IMG/VR virus record: IMGVR_UViG_3300027759_000045 | Span: 282,857 to 346,856 of that record | Reading direction: 5' to 3' (one strand) | Length of the DNA stretch: 64,000 bases | Part shown: piece after piece, positions 9,266-18,614 of the stretch | Layout of the letters: every line of letters begins with the position of its first letter | How positions within the stretch are numbered: the first letter of the stretch is position 1 | Translations under genes and position numbers: made by a program | Notes under the pieces: generated by a model | Databases searched by the model: none | Told to the model about the DNA's origin: nothing | What the model saw: only the letters and a program-made list of their open reading frames with translations

Positions 9266-10084
9266 ATGAATTATTATTTTGAACCTGCTCCTTATCTTTC
9301 GTTAAATTTAAATCTAAAAACAGAATTGTCTAATTTAGATAGAAGCAAGTTAACAATTGCAGATGCAGCATTATATGACATGGATCCTGTGAGATTAAGT
9401 AACATAGTAGAAAACATTTATTCTGATGAAAAACAATGTTTTTTTGATTTTTACGGTGATAACTTTACTAATCTAGCATCATGCACCACCTGGTATCTGC
9501 CAGAGAAATTGGAAAAATTGTTACTCAGTGAGTATGAGTATTTTTTTAATTTAATCAACGAAGCTCCTGAAATACGATTACAAGCAATGACTGGTGTTCA
9601 ATTGCCTGTGCATGTTGATCGTCATAGAACTGTAAGTATCATACTTCCATTGAAGAATCATTCAAATACATGGACAAAATTTTATGATCACGACATTGAT
9701 ATTCTCCACTGGAACAACCACTATTCAAACAGCAAGGATCAGTCTTGGCCCGAATGCAAAACACTCTGGGATTTTAACTTTCTTCCCGAGTTCGTAAAAC
9801 AAGAATTGCTTGAAAATGCACACACTCATACACTGTTAACTGAAGGTATTCGTCGTCAACGAATACCACCCTTAGTTAATCCAACCCAGACAACTGAAGT
9901 TTGCGAAGTTGAAATTGATAAATTTCCTTATATACTCAATGTTGATAAATGCCACAGTGTTTACTGTCCTGACGCACCCACTGATGAGAATCCCCGCTTG
10001 GCAGTATTTTTCAAGTGGCGAGAAATTAAATTTACTCAAGTATTAGATGCTTATAATCAATTTGTCAAATTTAAAATTAATTAA
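9266..10084 (+). CDS. Putative 2OG-Fe(II) oxygenase/cupin
   Basis: PVHVD (HxD), distal KCHSV, PRLAV. Confidence 0.6.
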   Translation: MNYYFEPAPYLSLNLNLKTELSNLDRSKLTIADAALYDMDPVRLSNIVENIYSDEKQCFFDFYGDNFTNLASCTTWYLPEKLEKLLLSEYEYFFNLINEAPEIRLQAMTGVQLPVHVDRHRTVSIILPLKNHSNTWTKFYDHDIDILHWNNHYSNSKDQSWPECKTLWDFNFLPEFVKQELLENAHTHTLLTEGIRRQRIPPLVNPTQTTEVCEVEIDKFPYILNVDKCHSVYCPDAPTDENPRLAVFFKWREIKFTQVLDAYNQFVKFKIN

Positions 10085-10090
10085 AATTCA

Positions 10091-11374
10091 ATGATTACCC
10101 AAACAATTGAATGGATTAAAAATAATCCTACATTTTGCACAGCACCATATTCTGCCTACGATTTTAGATTCAACGTTGGCAAATTTAAAGTTACTACGTG
10201 CTGTAATTTAGACGTGTCCAAGACCAACCAAGCACTGGATTTTAATTTTATAGAAAACGTCAAACAAGACATGTCACAAGGACTAGTGCCCAAGGCTTGT
10301 TGGCGTTGTGCGTCCGAAGAACAAAACCAAGCACAGTCTGAACGTGTAAAGTACATGCTAGGACACACCGTTGCTGAATTAGAACAGTTTAAGGAAAATA
10401 AAAAAACAAACGAATTTCAAGTTGGTATGAAGTTTAGCAATCTTTGCAACTTAGCTTGTCGTAGTTGTAACGAAACTGACAGTAGTTTATGGGCCAAATT
10501 AATGAATACGCCTGCGCCTCCTGAATATGAAATTGACACGTCAACAGACCAGTTTCTTTGGGATCAAATGACCAATATGATTCGTTCTAAACATAAAGAA
10601 ACTGATAATTTCATTGTACATCCAATTGGCGGAGAAACAATGATTCAACCAGGATTTTTAAAATTAGTTGATTGGTTGATTGAAGAAAATTTAGCCAACA
10701 CCACTACACTACGAATTACCACCAGTCTTGTGCCCAGTATATCTGAAAAGTTTTCTGCAAAATTTGCACAGTTTCGCCGCATAGAATTTCTTTCCAGCAT
10801 CGACAGCATTGGAGAAAATTATCATTACGTCCGTTGGCCTGCCAGGTTCAACAAAATAGAAGATAACCTGGAAACATTCAATCTGTTGAGTCGGCAATAT
10901 CCTGGCAAATTTTCCTTGTCGGTCAGCCCGGTATTTTCATTAAATAACATTTTTTATGCAGTGGACTATCTTGATTGGTGGAAACGCTGGGCCGACCAAA
11001 CACAAACTGATTTATGGATGTCAAACATACACTTGTATAATCCTGAGCCATTGATGGTGGAAAGTTTATCATTACAATACTACCCGCAACTGATTGAACT
11101 GTTAGAGCAATGTGTAAACCACACAGTATTTAAAAAATACACACGCACTGCTGTGCTGAAAGAATTCTTTGTTGCCATGCTTGCAACAATTTCTAATAAC
11201 AAAAACAACAACAACGAGTTGCGTTTTCAAGAGTACCTGAAGTTCACTGCAGATTATGATAATCGCACAACCACCGATAGCTACACCTTAAATTCTAAAC
11301 TGTTTGATTTACTGTCAGACTCCCATAAACATATATACAACTCTCATTTGCAACATGTACAATCCAAAATTTAA
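10091..11374 (+). CDS. Radical SAM protein with N-terminal Twitch-like domain
   Basis: FCTAPY..CC..CWRC then SNLCNLACRSC, GGET. Confidence 0.9.
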   Translation: MITQTIEWIKNNPTFCTAPYSAYDFRFNVGKFKVTTCCNLDVSKTNQALDFNFIENVKQDMSQGLVPKACWRCASEEQNQAQSERVKYMLGHTVAELEQFKENKKTNEFQVGMKFSNLCNLACRSCNETDSSLWAKLMNTPAPPEYEIDTSTDQFLWDQMTNMIRSKHKETDNFIVHPIGGETMIQPGFLKLVDWLIEENLANTTTLRITTSLVPSISEKFSAKFAQFRRIEFLSSIDSIGENYHYVRWPARFNKIEDNLETFNLLSRQYPGKFSLSVSPVFSLNNIFYAVDYLDWWKRWADQTQTDLWMSNIHLYNPEPLMVESLSLQYYPQLIELLEQCVNHTVFKKYTRTAVLKEFFVAMLATISNNKNNNNELRFQEYLKFTADYDNRTTTDSYTLNSKLFDLLSDSHKHIYNSHLQHVQSKI

Positions 11375-12074
11375 TTACACACCAGTGCCACGTGTAGAAG
11401 TAAACGGCAAACGTTTCTATGCAACTCCCGACGGCAACAAGTTACCCAGTGTAACAACCATCCTTGACAAAACCAAGCCAGAAGAAAAGAAGTTAATTCT
11501 TGAACAGTGGCGACGACGTGTTGGCCACGAAAAGGCACAGCAGATCACCACTGAGGCTGCCAACCGTGGCACACGTATGCACACTTACTTAGAACACTAT
11601 GTAAAAAATGGTGAGCTTAAAGATCGTGGTACTAACCCATTTGGCTGGGCCAGTCATGCCATGGCACAAGTGGTAATTGACCAAGGAATTACCGACCGTG
11701 TGAATGAGTTTTGGGGGTATGAAGTTCCGCTGTATTTTTCCCAGGTGTATGCAGGCACAACAGATGCTGCCGGTGTACACCTAAACGAAGAAGCTATCCT
11801 AGACTATAAACAAACCAACAAGCCTAAAAAGCGTGAATGGATCGACGATTACTTTTTACAACTCTGCGCCTATGCAGAAGCACACAATGAACTGCACGGA
11901 ACTAACATTCGTAAGGGTGTTATTTTAATGTGTGTTAAGCCCACCACAGATGACATGGGCAACGTGCTTACTGAACCTGAATACCAGGAATTTGTGTTAG
12001 AAGGCGACGAGTTTGAAAAATATCGTGGACTTTGGTGGAAACGTGTGGAGCAGTATTATATGCTAAATAGTTAA
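11355..12074 (+). CDS. PD-(D/E)XK exonuclease
   Basis: LPSVTTIL, RGTRMH, YAGTTD..LDYK..YFLQLCAYA; start set at MYNPKF. Confidence 0.85.
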   Translation: MYNPKFNYTPVPRVEVNGKRFYATPDGNKLPSVTTILDKTKPEEKKLILEQWRRRVGHEKAQQITTEAANRGTRMHTYLEHYVKNGELKDRGTNPFGWASHAMAQVVIDQGITDRVNEFWGYEVPLYFSQVYAGTTDAAGVHLNEEAILDYKQTNKPKKREWIDDYFLQLCAYAEAHNELHGTNIRKGVILMCVKPTTDDMGNVLTEPEYQEFVLEGDEFEKYRGLWWKRVEQYYMLNS

Positions 12075-12092
12075 TCACAGAGGACAACTAAA

Positions 12093-13673
12093 TTGGCTAT
12101 TGTACAAATTTCGCGAATTACCCAGCGTAAAGGGTTACAGGAAAATCTACCACAACTGGCAGGCGCTGAATTCGGTTGGAGTATAGACGAACGCAGACTG
12201 TATATTGGTAACGGCACACTAGAAGACGGTGCTCCGGTCATTGGCAACACTGAAATACTGACAGAATTTTCTGAAATTATTCCATTGGTGCAGGACTATA
12301 CCTACAGCGGCGAAGAAGCCACTGGATACACAGTACAGACTGGTCCAAGTCCAGGAACTCCGGTGCAACTATCTCTCCAAAATTGGATGGATCAGTTTGC
12401 CACTGTGAAAGACTTTGGTGCAATGGGCGACGGCATCACAGATGACACTGCGGCCATTAACCGCGCACTGTATCAACTGTATTGTCGTGAAGTAAATCCT
12501 GCAATTCGTAGAAGTTTATTCTTCCCGGCTGGTGTGTATCTTGTCACTGGCACAATCAATGTTCCTCCTTATGCCACACTACAAGGTGAAGGCCCTAAGA
12601 ACAGTATCATTCAGATGGCGGCGGCTTCGGCTGCAACATATGTGGTACAAACCAGCGACAGTTTACAACAAACAGGTGCTAACATTGGCACCAATGGAGC
12701 CGAACCACCTACCAGTATCACCATTGAAAATATGTGTTTTCAGTCTTTAGACCCAATGGACATTGCTTTTGTTAATCGAGCATCCGAATGTATTTTTAAT
12801 CAAGTTCAGTTCATTGGACCATTGACCACAGCAGATCTCACAGTGGACACTGACAACACTGCTTGCGTTAGATTTGACAGTAGCGATGCGTTAGATGTAC
12901 ATCAAATTAAATTTGACAACTGCGGATTTACCGGAACAACGTACGGAGTTAGAACAGATCAACACGTTCGTGGAGTAGGCATCACCGGTACACATTTTTC
13001 AACCTTGTTCAAAGGCGTTCTATTAGAAGTCAATCCAGATGGTGCTGAATTCAGTCCACAGGGATTTGGAATCACCAGTTGCGATTTTGACACTATCTAT
13101 GATCAAGGCATTGTGTTTTATACTGATCGTAATGCCACTGCACAAAATACATTTGGCGACGTTGGCAACCACTTTGGTGGTGTAACACAACCTTACACTA
13201 GTATTATAGACTTCTTGTCTCCTAACAACCTGAGTGTTGGTGACATGTTTGAACGGGCAGATGCGTATGCTGTTGTTCATCCAAGAATTGATTTAAATGG
13301 CGAAGCAAGTATTGCATTTACAAACGGCCAACAGTTGGCCATGGGCACCTATGTTCGAAACTCCGGACTTACAGTTTCATTAACAAACAATGTCATTACT
13401 CCCACCAATGCAATTACCTACAGCCTTGGCGGTGTTGTTGCACTCAGCATCAACTATACCATTGTGAGAGGTACAGCGTACCGAACTGGTATTATCAATA
13501 TAACTACCACAGGAAGCGGCAGTTTAAACTACACAGATGATTTCACAGAAAATGCCAGTACTGGTATCACTCTCACTGTGACCCAGTCTGGCAGCACGGT
13601 TTTTGTAAAGTACATCAGTACCAACACCGGCGCTGCCGCGTCATTAACTTATAGTATAACACATTTGGCCTAA
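12093..13673 (+). CDS. Tail spike-like protein with pectate-lyase-type beta-helix
   Basis: TVKDFGAMGDGITDDTAAINRAL, FFPAGVY; TAAATA at 12064 and GAGG SD, TTG start. Confidence 0.75.
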   Translation: MAIVQISRITQRKGLQENLPQLAGAEFGWSIDERRLYIGNGTLEDGAPVIGNTEILTEFSEIIPLVQDYTYSGEEATGYTVQTGPSPGTPVQLSLQNWMDQFATVKDFGAMGDGITDDTAAINRALYQLYCREVNPAIRRSLFFPAGVYLVTGTINVPPYATLQGEGPKNSIIQMAAASAATYVVQTSDSLQQTGANIGTNGAEPPTSITIENMCFQSLDPMDIAFVNRASECIFNQVQFIGPLTTADLTVDTDNTACVRFDSSDALDVHQIKFDNCGFTGTTYGVRTDQHVRGVGITGTHFSTLFKGVLLEVNPDGAEFSPQGFGITSCDFDTIYDQGIVFYTDRNATAQNTFGDVGNHFGGVTQPYTSIIDFLSPNNLSVGDMFERADAYAVVHPRIDLNGEASIAFTNGQQLAMGTYVRNSGLTVSLTNNVITPTNAITYSLGGVVALSINYTIVRGTAYRTGIINITTTGSGSLNYTDDFTENASTGITLTVTQSGSTVFVKYISTNTGAAASLTYSITHLA

Positions 13674-13674
13674 C

Positions 13675-14103
13675 GTGGTTTGGCCTGTAACATTTGAATC
13701 TCGGCTTGATAGTTGGACACAACTACGCACTCGAGCCAATGCCTTGCCTGTCGATCAGGCATTAGACGCCATCAACACCTGGTGGTTCTCATCTCCCTGG
13801 ACTGGATATCACCTGCACTGGGATGATCAAACAGATTGGCCAGATCCCTGGCAATTATTGGATGACAACATGTTCTGCGAGGTTGCTCGCGGACTCGGAA
13901 TCCTGTATACTATAACTTTGTTGGACCGTGCGGATATACACTCAGCAGAACTGGTTTTAACAAAAAACGGTCATAATTTAGTCCTGGTCGACAAATCAAA
14001 ATATATACTGAATTGGGACAAGTCATCCATCGTAAATATCAATCCAGAAGCAAAAATAGTAAAAAAATTAACCCAATTACAGGTTAGTGAAAAGTACCGG
14101 TAA
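13675..14103 (+). CDS. Putative transglutaminase-like cysteine protease (BTLCP/LapG-like)
   Basis: WPDPWQLL..FCE..GHNLVLVD..ILNW gives a Cys-His-Asn order. Confidence 0.5.
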   Translation: MVWPVTFESRLDSWTQLRTRANALPVDQALDAINTWWFSSPWTGYHLHWDDQTDWPDPWQLLDDNMFCEVARGLGILYTITLLDRADIHSAELVLTKNGHNLVLVDKSKYILNWDKSSIVNINPEAKIVKKLTQLQVSEKYR

Positions 14104-14124
14104 CAAAAATAACAAGAGAAGCAG

Positions 14125-16446
14125 ATGTCAACAATAACAGTAGTAAAGCGCAGTGGGCAACGTGAACCCATTGCTATCGAAAAGTGGCAATCACAAGTAG
14201 CAAAAATATGTCAAGGTATAGCAGATGTCAGTCAAAGTATGGTGGAGATCAAAGCTCAACTGCACTTTTATGACGGCATCACAACCAAAGAAATTGATGG
14301 TATTACACTTAGAGCTATAGTGGATTTGATTGATGTTGAATCTAATCCCGACGTGGGGCATACCAACTATCAGTTTGTGGCCGGCAAGCAACGACTAAGC
14401 ATGTTGCGTAAAGATGTGTACGGATCATACGAGCCGCCACACCTATACGAAATAGTAAAAACCAATGTGGCCACAGGTTTGTATACTCCAGAACTACTGG
14501 AGTGGTACACAGAAGATGACTGGAATCGAATGAATGATATGATTGATCATTCCAAAGACGAACAGTACAGTTATGCTGCCATTGAACAACTGATAGAGAA
14601 GTACTTGGTAAAAAATAGAAGTACAAAGGAAATATATGAAACTCCGCAAGTTAGATATATGGTGGCAGCCGCTACAGTGTTTCACAAGGAAGAACCTAAC
14701 TCAGCCCGTATGCGCTATATTAAAGAATATTACAATGCTGCATCGGATGGCCTGTTTACTCTTGCTACCCCTGTACTTGCTGGTCTTGGTACACCAACCA
14801 AACAGTTTAGTAGTTGTGTGCTTATTCGCAGTGACGATGATCTTGACAGTATTTTTGCCTCCGGAGAAATGATGGCCAAATATGCCAGCAAGCGAGCAGG
14901 CATTGGTTTAGAAATTGGTCGACTACGTCCGTTGGGATCACCCATTCGTGGCGGTGAGATCATGCACACAGGTATGATACCATTCCTAAAAAAATGGTTT
15001 GGTGATTTACGCTCATGCTCACAAGGAGGTATCCGCAATGCAAGTGCTACTGTTTTCTATCCTATTTGGCATCATCAGTTTGATGATCTTATTGTACTTA
15101 AAAACAACCAAGGAACAGAAGAAACCCGAGTCCGTCATATGGATTATGGGGTTGTGCTTAGTGCTTTCTTCTGGAGACGATTTAAAAACAAAGAAAACAT
15201 AACCTTTTTTGACCCCAATGAAGTGCCCGACCTGTATGAAGCGTTCTACACAAACACTGCACTGTTTGAAGAACTGTATGTCAAGTACGAAAAGCGTAAG
15301 GACTTGCGTACAAAAACCATGGCAGCAGAAGAAGTATTCAAGTCGGGCATACTAAAAGAGCGCACTGATACCGGACGTATCTACCTTGTGTTCATTGACA
15401 ACGTGATGAAGCAAGGACCGTTTGATCCTGAGTATCACACCATTTACCAGAGTAACCTTTGCTGTGAAATACTTTTACCTACTAAATCCTTTAAACGTCT
15501 GGATGACGAGTCTGGTCGTATTGCACTTTGCACACTGGGCTCAATCAATTGGGGTGCGTTCCGTAACCCAGAAGATATGCGCCGTGCTTGTCGCATACTG
15601 CATCGTAGCCTCAACAACATTCTTGACTATCAAGACTTTCTTTCCATCCAGTCTAAGCTATCCAATGACGAAATCAGACCGCTTGGGATCGGCATCACCA
15701 ACCTTGCCTACTGGCACGCCAAGCGAAGCCTCAGTTACGGAGAGCGAGACTCCTTGGCTGAAGTCAAGACGTGGATGGAACACCAGGCCTACTACCTGAC
15801 AGAGATGTCAGTGGAACTGGCTAAGGAACGTGGTCGTTGTGTAGATTCTGACAGAACACGTTACGGCCAAGGTGTTTTTCCTTGGGAACTACGTGCCAAA
15901 GGTGTTAATGAACTTGCGGACTTTACACCAGAACTAAACTGGGAAAGTCTACGTGCAGAAATGCGCAGTTATGGTGTTCGCAATGCAACATCTATGGCCA
16001 TTGCTCCTGTGGAGAGTAGTTCAGTTGTGATCAACTCAACCAACGGCATCGAAATGCCAATGAGTTTGATCTCAGTTAAAGAATCCAAGGCAGGTTCGCT
16101 GACACAGGTTGTACCCGAGTATCACAAACTCAAGAATAAATATCAACAGATGTGGGCGCAGAAGGACTGCGATGGTTACTTGAAAACAGCGGCTGTGTTG
16201 GCGGCCTATGTTGACCAAAGTATCAGCACCAACACATTCTACAATCCAGCACACTTTGCTGACCGTAAAGTGCCAACTACATTGATTGCTCGGAACTTGA
16301 TGCAGGCACACCACTGGGGATTGAAAACATTCTACTACAGTTTGATCAACAAGGCCGGTAGTAAAATGAAAGTCACTGATGAAGCGGCACCTCTTGAAGC
16401 AATTGATTTTGATCTTGAGGAAGACTGCGAAAGCTGTAAACTGTGA
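14125..16446 (+). CDS. nrdA: Class Ia ribonucleotide reductase alpha subunit with ATP cone
   Basis: VVKRSG, FSSC, QSNLCCEI, KTFYY, C-terminal CESC. Confidence 0.97.
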   Translation: MSTITVVKRSGQREPIAIEKWQSQVAKICQGIADVSQSMVEIKAQLHFYDGITTKEIDGITLRAIVDLIDVESNPDVGHTNYQFVAGKQRLSMLRKDVYGSYEPPHLYEIVKTNVATGLYTPELLEWYTEDDWNRMNDMIDHSKDEQYSYAAIEQLIEKYLVKNRSTKEIYETPQVRYMVAAATVFHKEEPNSARMRYIKEYYNAASDGLFTLATPVLAGLGTPTKQFSSCVLIRSDDDLDSIFASGEMMAKYASKRAGIGLEIGRLRPLGSPIRGGEIMHTGMIPFLKKWFGDLRSCSQGGIRNASATVFYPIWHHQFDDLIVLKNNQGTEETRVRHMDYGVVLSAFFWRRFKNKENITFFDPNEVPDLYEAFYTNTALFEELYVKYEKRKDLRTKTMAAEEVFKSGILKERTDTGRIYLVFIDNVMKQGPFDPEYHTIYQSNLCCEILLPTKSFKRLDDESGRIALCTLGSINWGAFRNPEDMRRACRILHRSLNNILDYQDFLSIQSKLSNDEIRPLGIGITNLAYWHAKRSLSYGERDSLAEVKTWMEHQAYYLTEMSVELAKERGRCVDSDRTRYGQGVFPWELRAKGVNELADFTPELNWESLRAEMRSYGVRNATSMAIAPVESSSVVINSTNGIEMPMSLISVKESKAGSLTQVVPEYHKLKNKYQQMWAQKDCDGYLKTAAVLAAYVDQSISTNTFYNPAHFADRKVPTTLIARNLMQAHHWGLKTFYYSLINKAGSKMKVTDEAAPLEAIDFDLEEDCESCKL

Positions 16447-16634
16447 ACAGCGTAGAAAAGATCTGGGCTCGAGCAACTGGGCACTTGATGGGCGAGAGTG
16501 ATCATGACCGTCCTGATGTGCCTATACTAACACTTCGAGAAGCTCGAATAGCCTTGTTCTTTAAAACATTTTGGGTTATAATACATATTATAACTTGTGG
16601 TTTTATCATAGCCAACACAATTAGACACTGGTAA
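16443..16634 (+). CDS. Small membrane protein between nrdA and nrdB
   Basis: GTGA overlap; C-terminal hydrophobic helix. Confidence 0.7.
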   Translation: MNSVEKIWARATGHLMGESDHDRPDVPILTLREARIALFFKTFWVIIHIITCGFIIANTIRHW

Positions 16635-16638
16635 TACA

Positions 16639-17739
16639 ATGAGCCAACAACAATACAATTTAAAAACAAAAACAGACTATCTCAATCGCAAGATGTTTCT
16701 TGATCCTGCAGGCCCTGTGACTATCCAGCGATTTGAGGAGGTTAAATATCAGAAACTAGCCAAGTACGAGCAAGAGGCACGTGGATTCTTTTGGGTACCC
16801 GAAGAGATTTCGTTGACCAAAGATTCACAAGACTTTAAAGATGCGTCAGACACAGTCAAGCATATCTTCACCAGCAATCTGCTACGTCAAACTGCGCTGG
16901 ATAGTTTGCAAGGACGTGGTCCAAGTCAAATCTTTACGCCGGTAGTATCATTGCCAGAACTAGAAGCGTTGGTTTACAACTGGACGTTCTTTGAAACTAA
17001 CATTCATAGTCGCAGTTACAGTCATATTATTCGCAACATCTACAACGTGCCCAAGGAAATGTTCAACACAATTCATGACACTAAAGAAATTGTAGATATG
17101 GCATCAAGTGTAGGCAACTATTACGACCGACTACACATGATCAACTGCCGTAAAGAATTATTAGAAGACTTTCCCGAGCGTGAACACATCAAAGCAATCT
17201 GGATGGCCTTACATGCAAGCTACGCATTAGAAGCATTTCGCTTCATGGTATCATTTGCCACAAGTCTAGCCATGGTAGAGAACAAGATCTTCATTGGCAA
17301 CGGCAATATCATTCAGTTGATCCTGCAGGATGAAATCTTACACAAAGAGTGGACCGGTTGGATGATTAATCAAGTGGTCAAAGAAGATCCACGCTTTGCT
17401 GCCATCAAAGGTGAATGTGAAGCAGAAGTGTATCAGCTGTACATGGATGTTATTCGTGAAGAAAAAGAGTGGGCAGAATACCTGTTCAAGTTTGGGCCCG
17501 TGATTGGACTCAATGCCAACATCCTGCGTGACTTTGTGGACTTCACTGCTAAAAACGCACTCAATGAGATTGGCATTAAATATCTGGCACCTGCTCCTAA
17601 GTCAACACCAATCCCTTGGTTTAACAAACATGTCAACACGTCGAACAAACAAACTGCACTGCAAGAGAACGAGTCGACTAACTATGTTATCGGCATCATG
17701 AGTGACACGCTAGATTACGACGAATTACCAAATTTATAA
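16639..17739 (+). CDS. nrdB: Ribonucleotide reductase beta subunit
   Basis: FFWVPEEI, ETNIHSRSY, LEAFRF, DEILH. Confidence 0.97.
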   Translation: MSQQQYNLKTKTDYLNRKMFLDPAGPVTIQRFEEVKYQKLAKYEQEARGFFWVPEEISLTKDSQDFKDASDTVKHIFTSNLLRQTALDSLQGRGPSQIFTPVVSLPELEALVYNWTFFETNIHSRSYSHIIRNIYNVPKEMFNTIHDTKEIVDMASSVGNYYDRLHMINCRKELLEDFPEREHIKAIWMALHASYALEAFRFMVSFATSLAMVENKIFIGNGNIIQLILQDEILHKEWTGWMINQVVKEDPRFAAIKGECEAEVYQLYMDVIREEKEWAEYLFKFGPVIGLNANILRDFVDFTAKNALNEIGIKYLAPAPKSTPIPWFNKHVNTSNKQTALQENESTNYVIGIMSDTLDYDELPNL

Positions 17740-17749
17740 AAAGGAAAAT

Positions 17750-18007
17750 ATGAAAGCTACAGTATGGAGTAAAGATCAGTGCCCTTATTGCGACCAAGCC
17801 AAGGCATTGTTAAAGCAAAAGGGCATTGAGTTTGAAGAACGCAATGTGACTAGAGACTGGACTCGAGAACAACTATTAGAAGCAGTACCAACTGCTAGAA
17901 CAGTGCCGCAAATATTTTTAGATGATAAACTTGTTGGCGGATTTACAGAACTTAAAAAGTTATTTGAACAGGAAAACGCTGTTGGGTACAGCGACGGAGT
18001 ATTATAA
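17750..18007 (+). CDS. grx: Glutaredoxin
   Basis: CPYC, TVPQIF, VGGF. Confidence 0.95.
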   Translation: MKATVWSKDQCPYCDQAKALLKQKGIEFEERNVTRDWTREQLLEAVPTARTVPQIFLDDKLVGGFTELKKLFEQENAVGYSDGVL

Positions 18008-18008
18008 T

Positions 18009-18299
18009 ATGTTAATTGATAAAGGCGCCTCAATAGGTGAAGTAGTGACGTTTAAACTAACGTCCGGTGAAGAGTTAATTGGAAAATTAATTGAAGAAAC
18101 CGATGTATACTATAAACTGTCACGTCCAATGGTGATTGCCATGGGCGCCCAGGGTCCTGGACTGATGCCTTATTTGTTCACAGTGAGTCCGGACAAAGAT
18201 ATCAAACTGTCAAAGGGCACAGTCACAGTGGTGGCAGCCACAGATAAGGCCTTTGCTGATCAGTTTATTCAAAGCACCACCGGCATTATTGTACGATAA
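18009..18299 (+). CDS. Small beta-barrel (Sm/SH3-like) protein
   Basis: MLIDKG..VVTFKLTSGEELIGKL pattern; ATG directly after the grx stop. Confidence 0.55.
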   Translation: MLIDKGASIGEVVTFKLTSGEELIGKLIEETDVYYKLSRPMVIAMGAQGPGLMPYLFTVSPDKDIKLSKGTVTVVAATDKAFADQFIQSTTGIIVR

Positions 18300-18320
18300 A
18301 TAACGCACAAGGACAAACAC

Positions 18321-18614
18321 ATGCCAAACGTACAACGACAGGGTGACACAAACTCAGTAGGCGGAGCAGCCGGGGCAGGAGTGGCATCTGTGCGAGTAAA
18401 TGGCATACCTATTGTGGTTGACGGTACCAGTGTTTCGGCCCATGCACCATGGCCTCAACGTAGATACAACCCGCACCCACCACACGCTGCCGCAGGCACT
18501 GCTGGCGGCAGTGGCACAGTACGTGCCGGCGGCAAACCTGTTGTTAGAACAGGAGACGCTGACACATGTGGACATGCTCGTGTAGGCGGCAGTCCTGACG
18601 TAAGGGCAGGATAA
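18321..18614 (+). CDS. PAAR-repeat spike-tip protein (T4 gp5.4-like)
   Basis: QRQGD..VRVNGIP, VRAGGKPVVRTGD..CGH; TAAATA at 18297. Confidence 0.9.
   Translation: MPNVQRQGDTNSVGGAAGAGVASVRVNGIPIVVDGTSVSAHAPWPQRRYNPHPPHAAAGTAGGSGTVRAGGKPVVRTGDADTCGHARVGGSPDVRAG

Noticed and set aside
11355-12074. Cas4 call for the PD-(D/E)XK nuclease
   Set aside because: No four-Cys Fe-S motif and no CRISPR context; it fits a generic phage exonuclease
14125-17739. Intron or intein in nrdA/nrdB
   Set aside because: Both ORFs are uninterrupted, of normal length, with motifs in normal spacing
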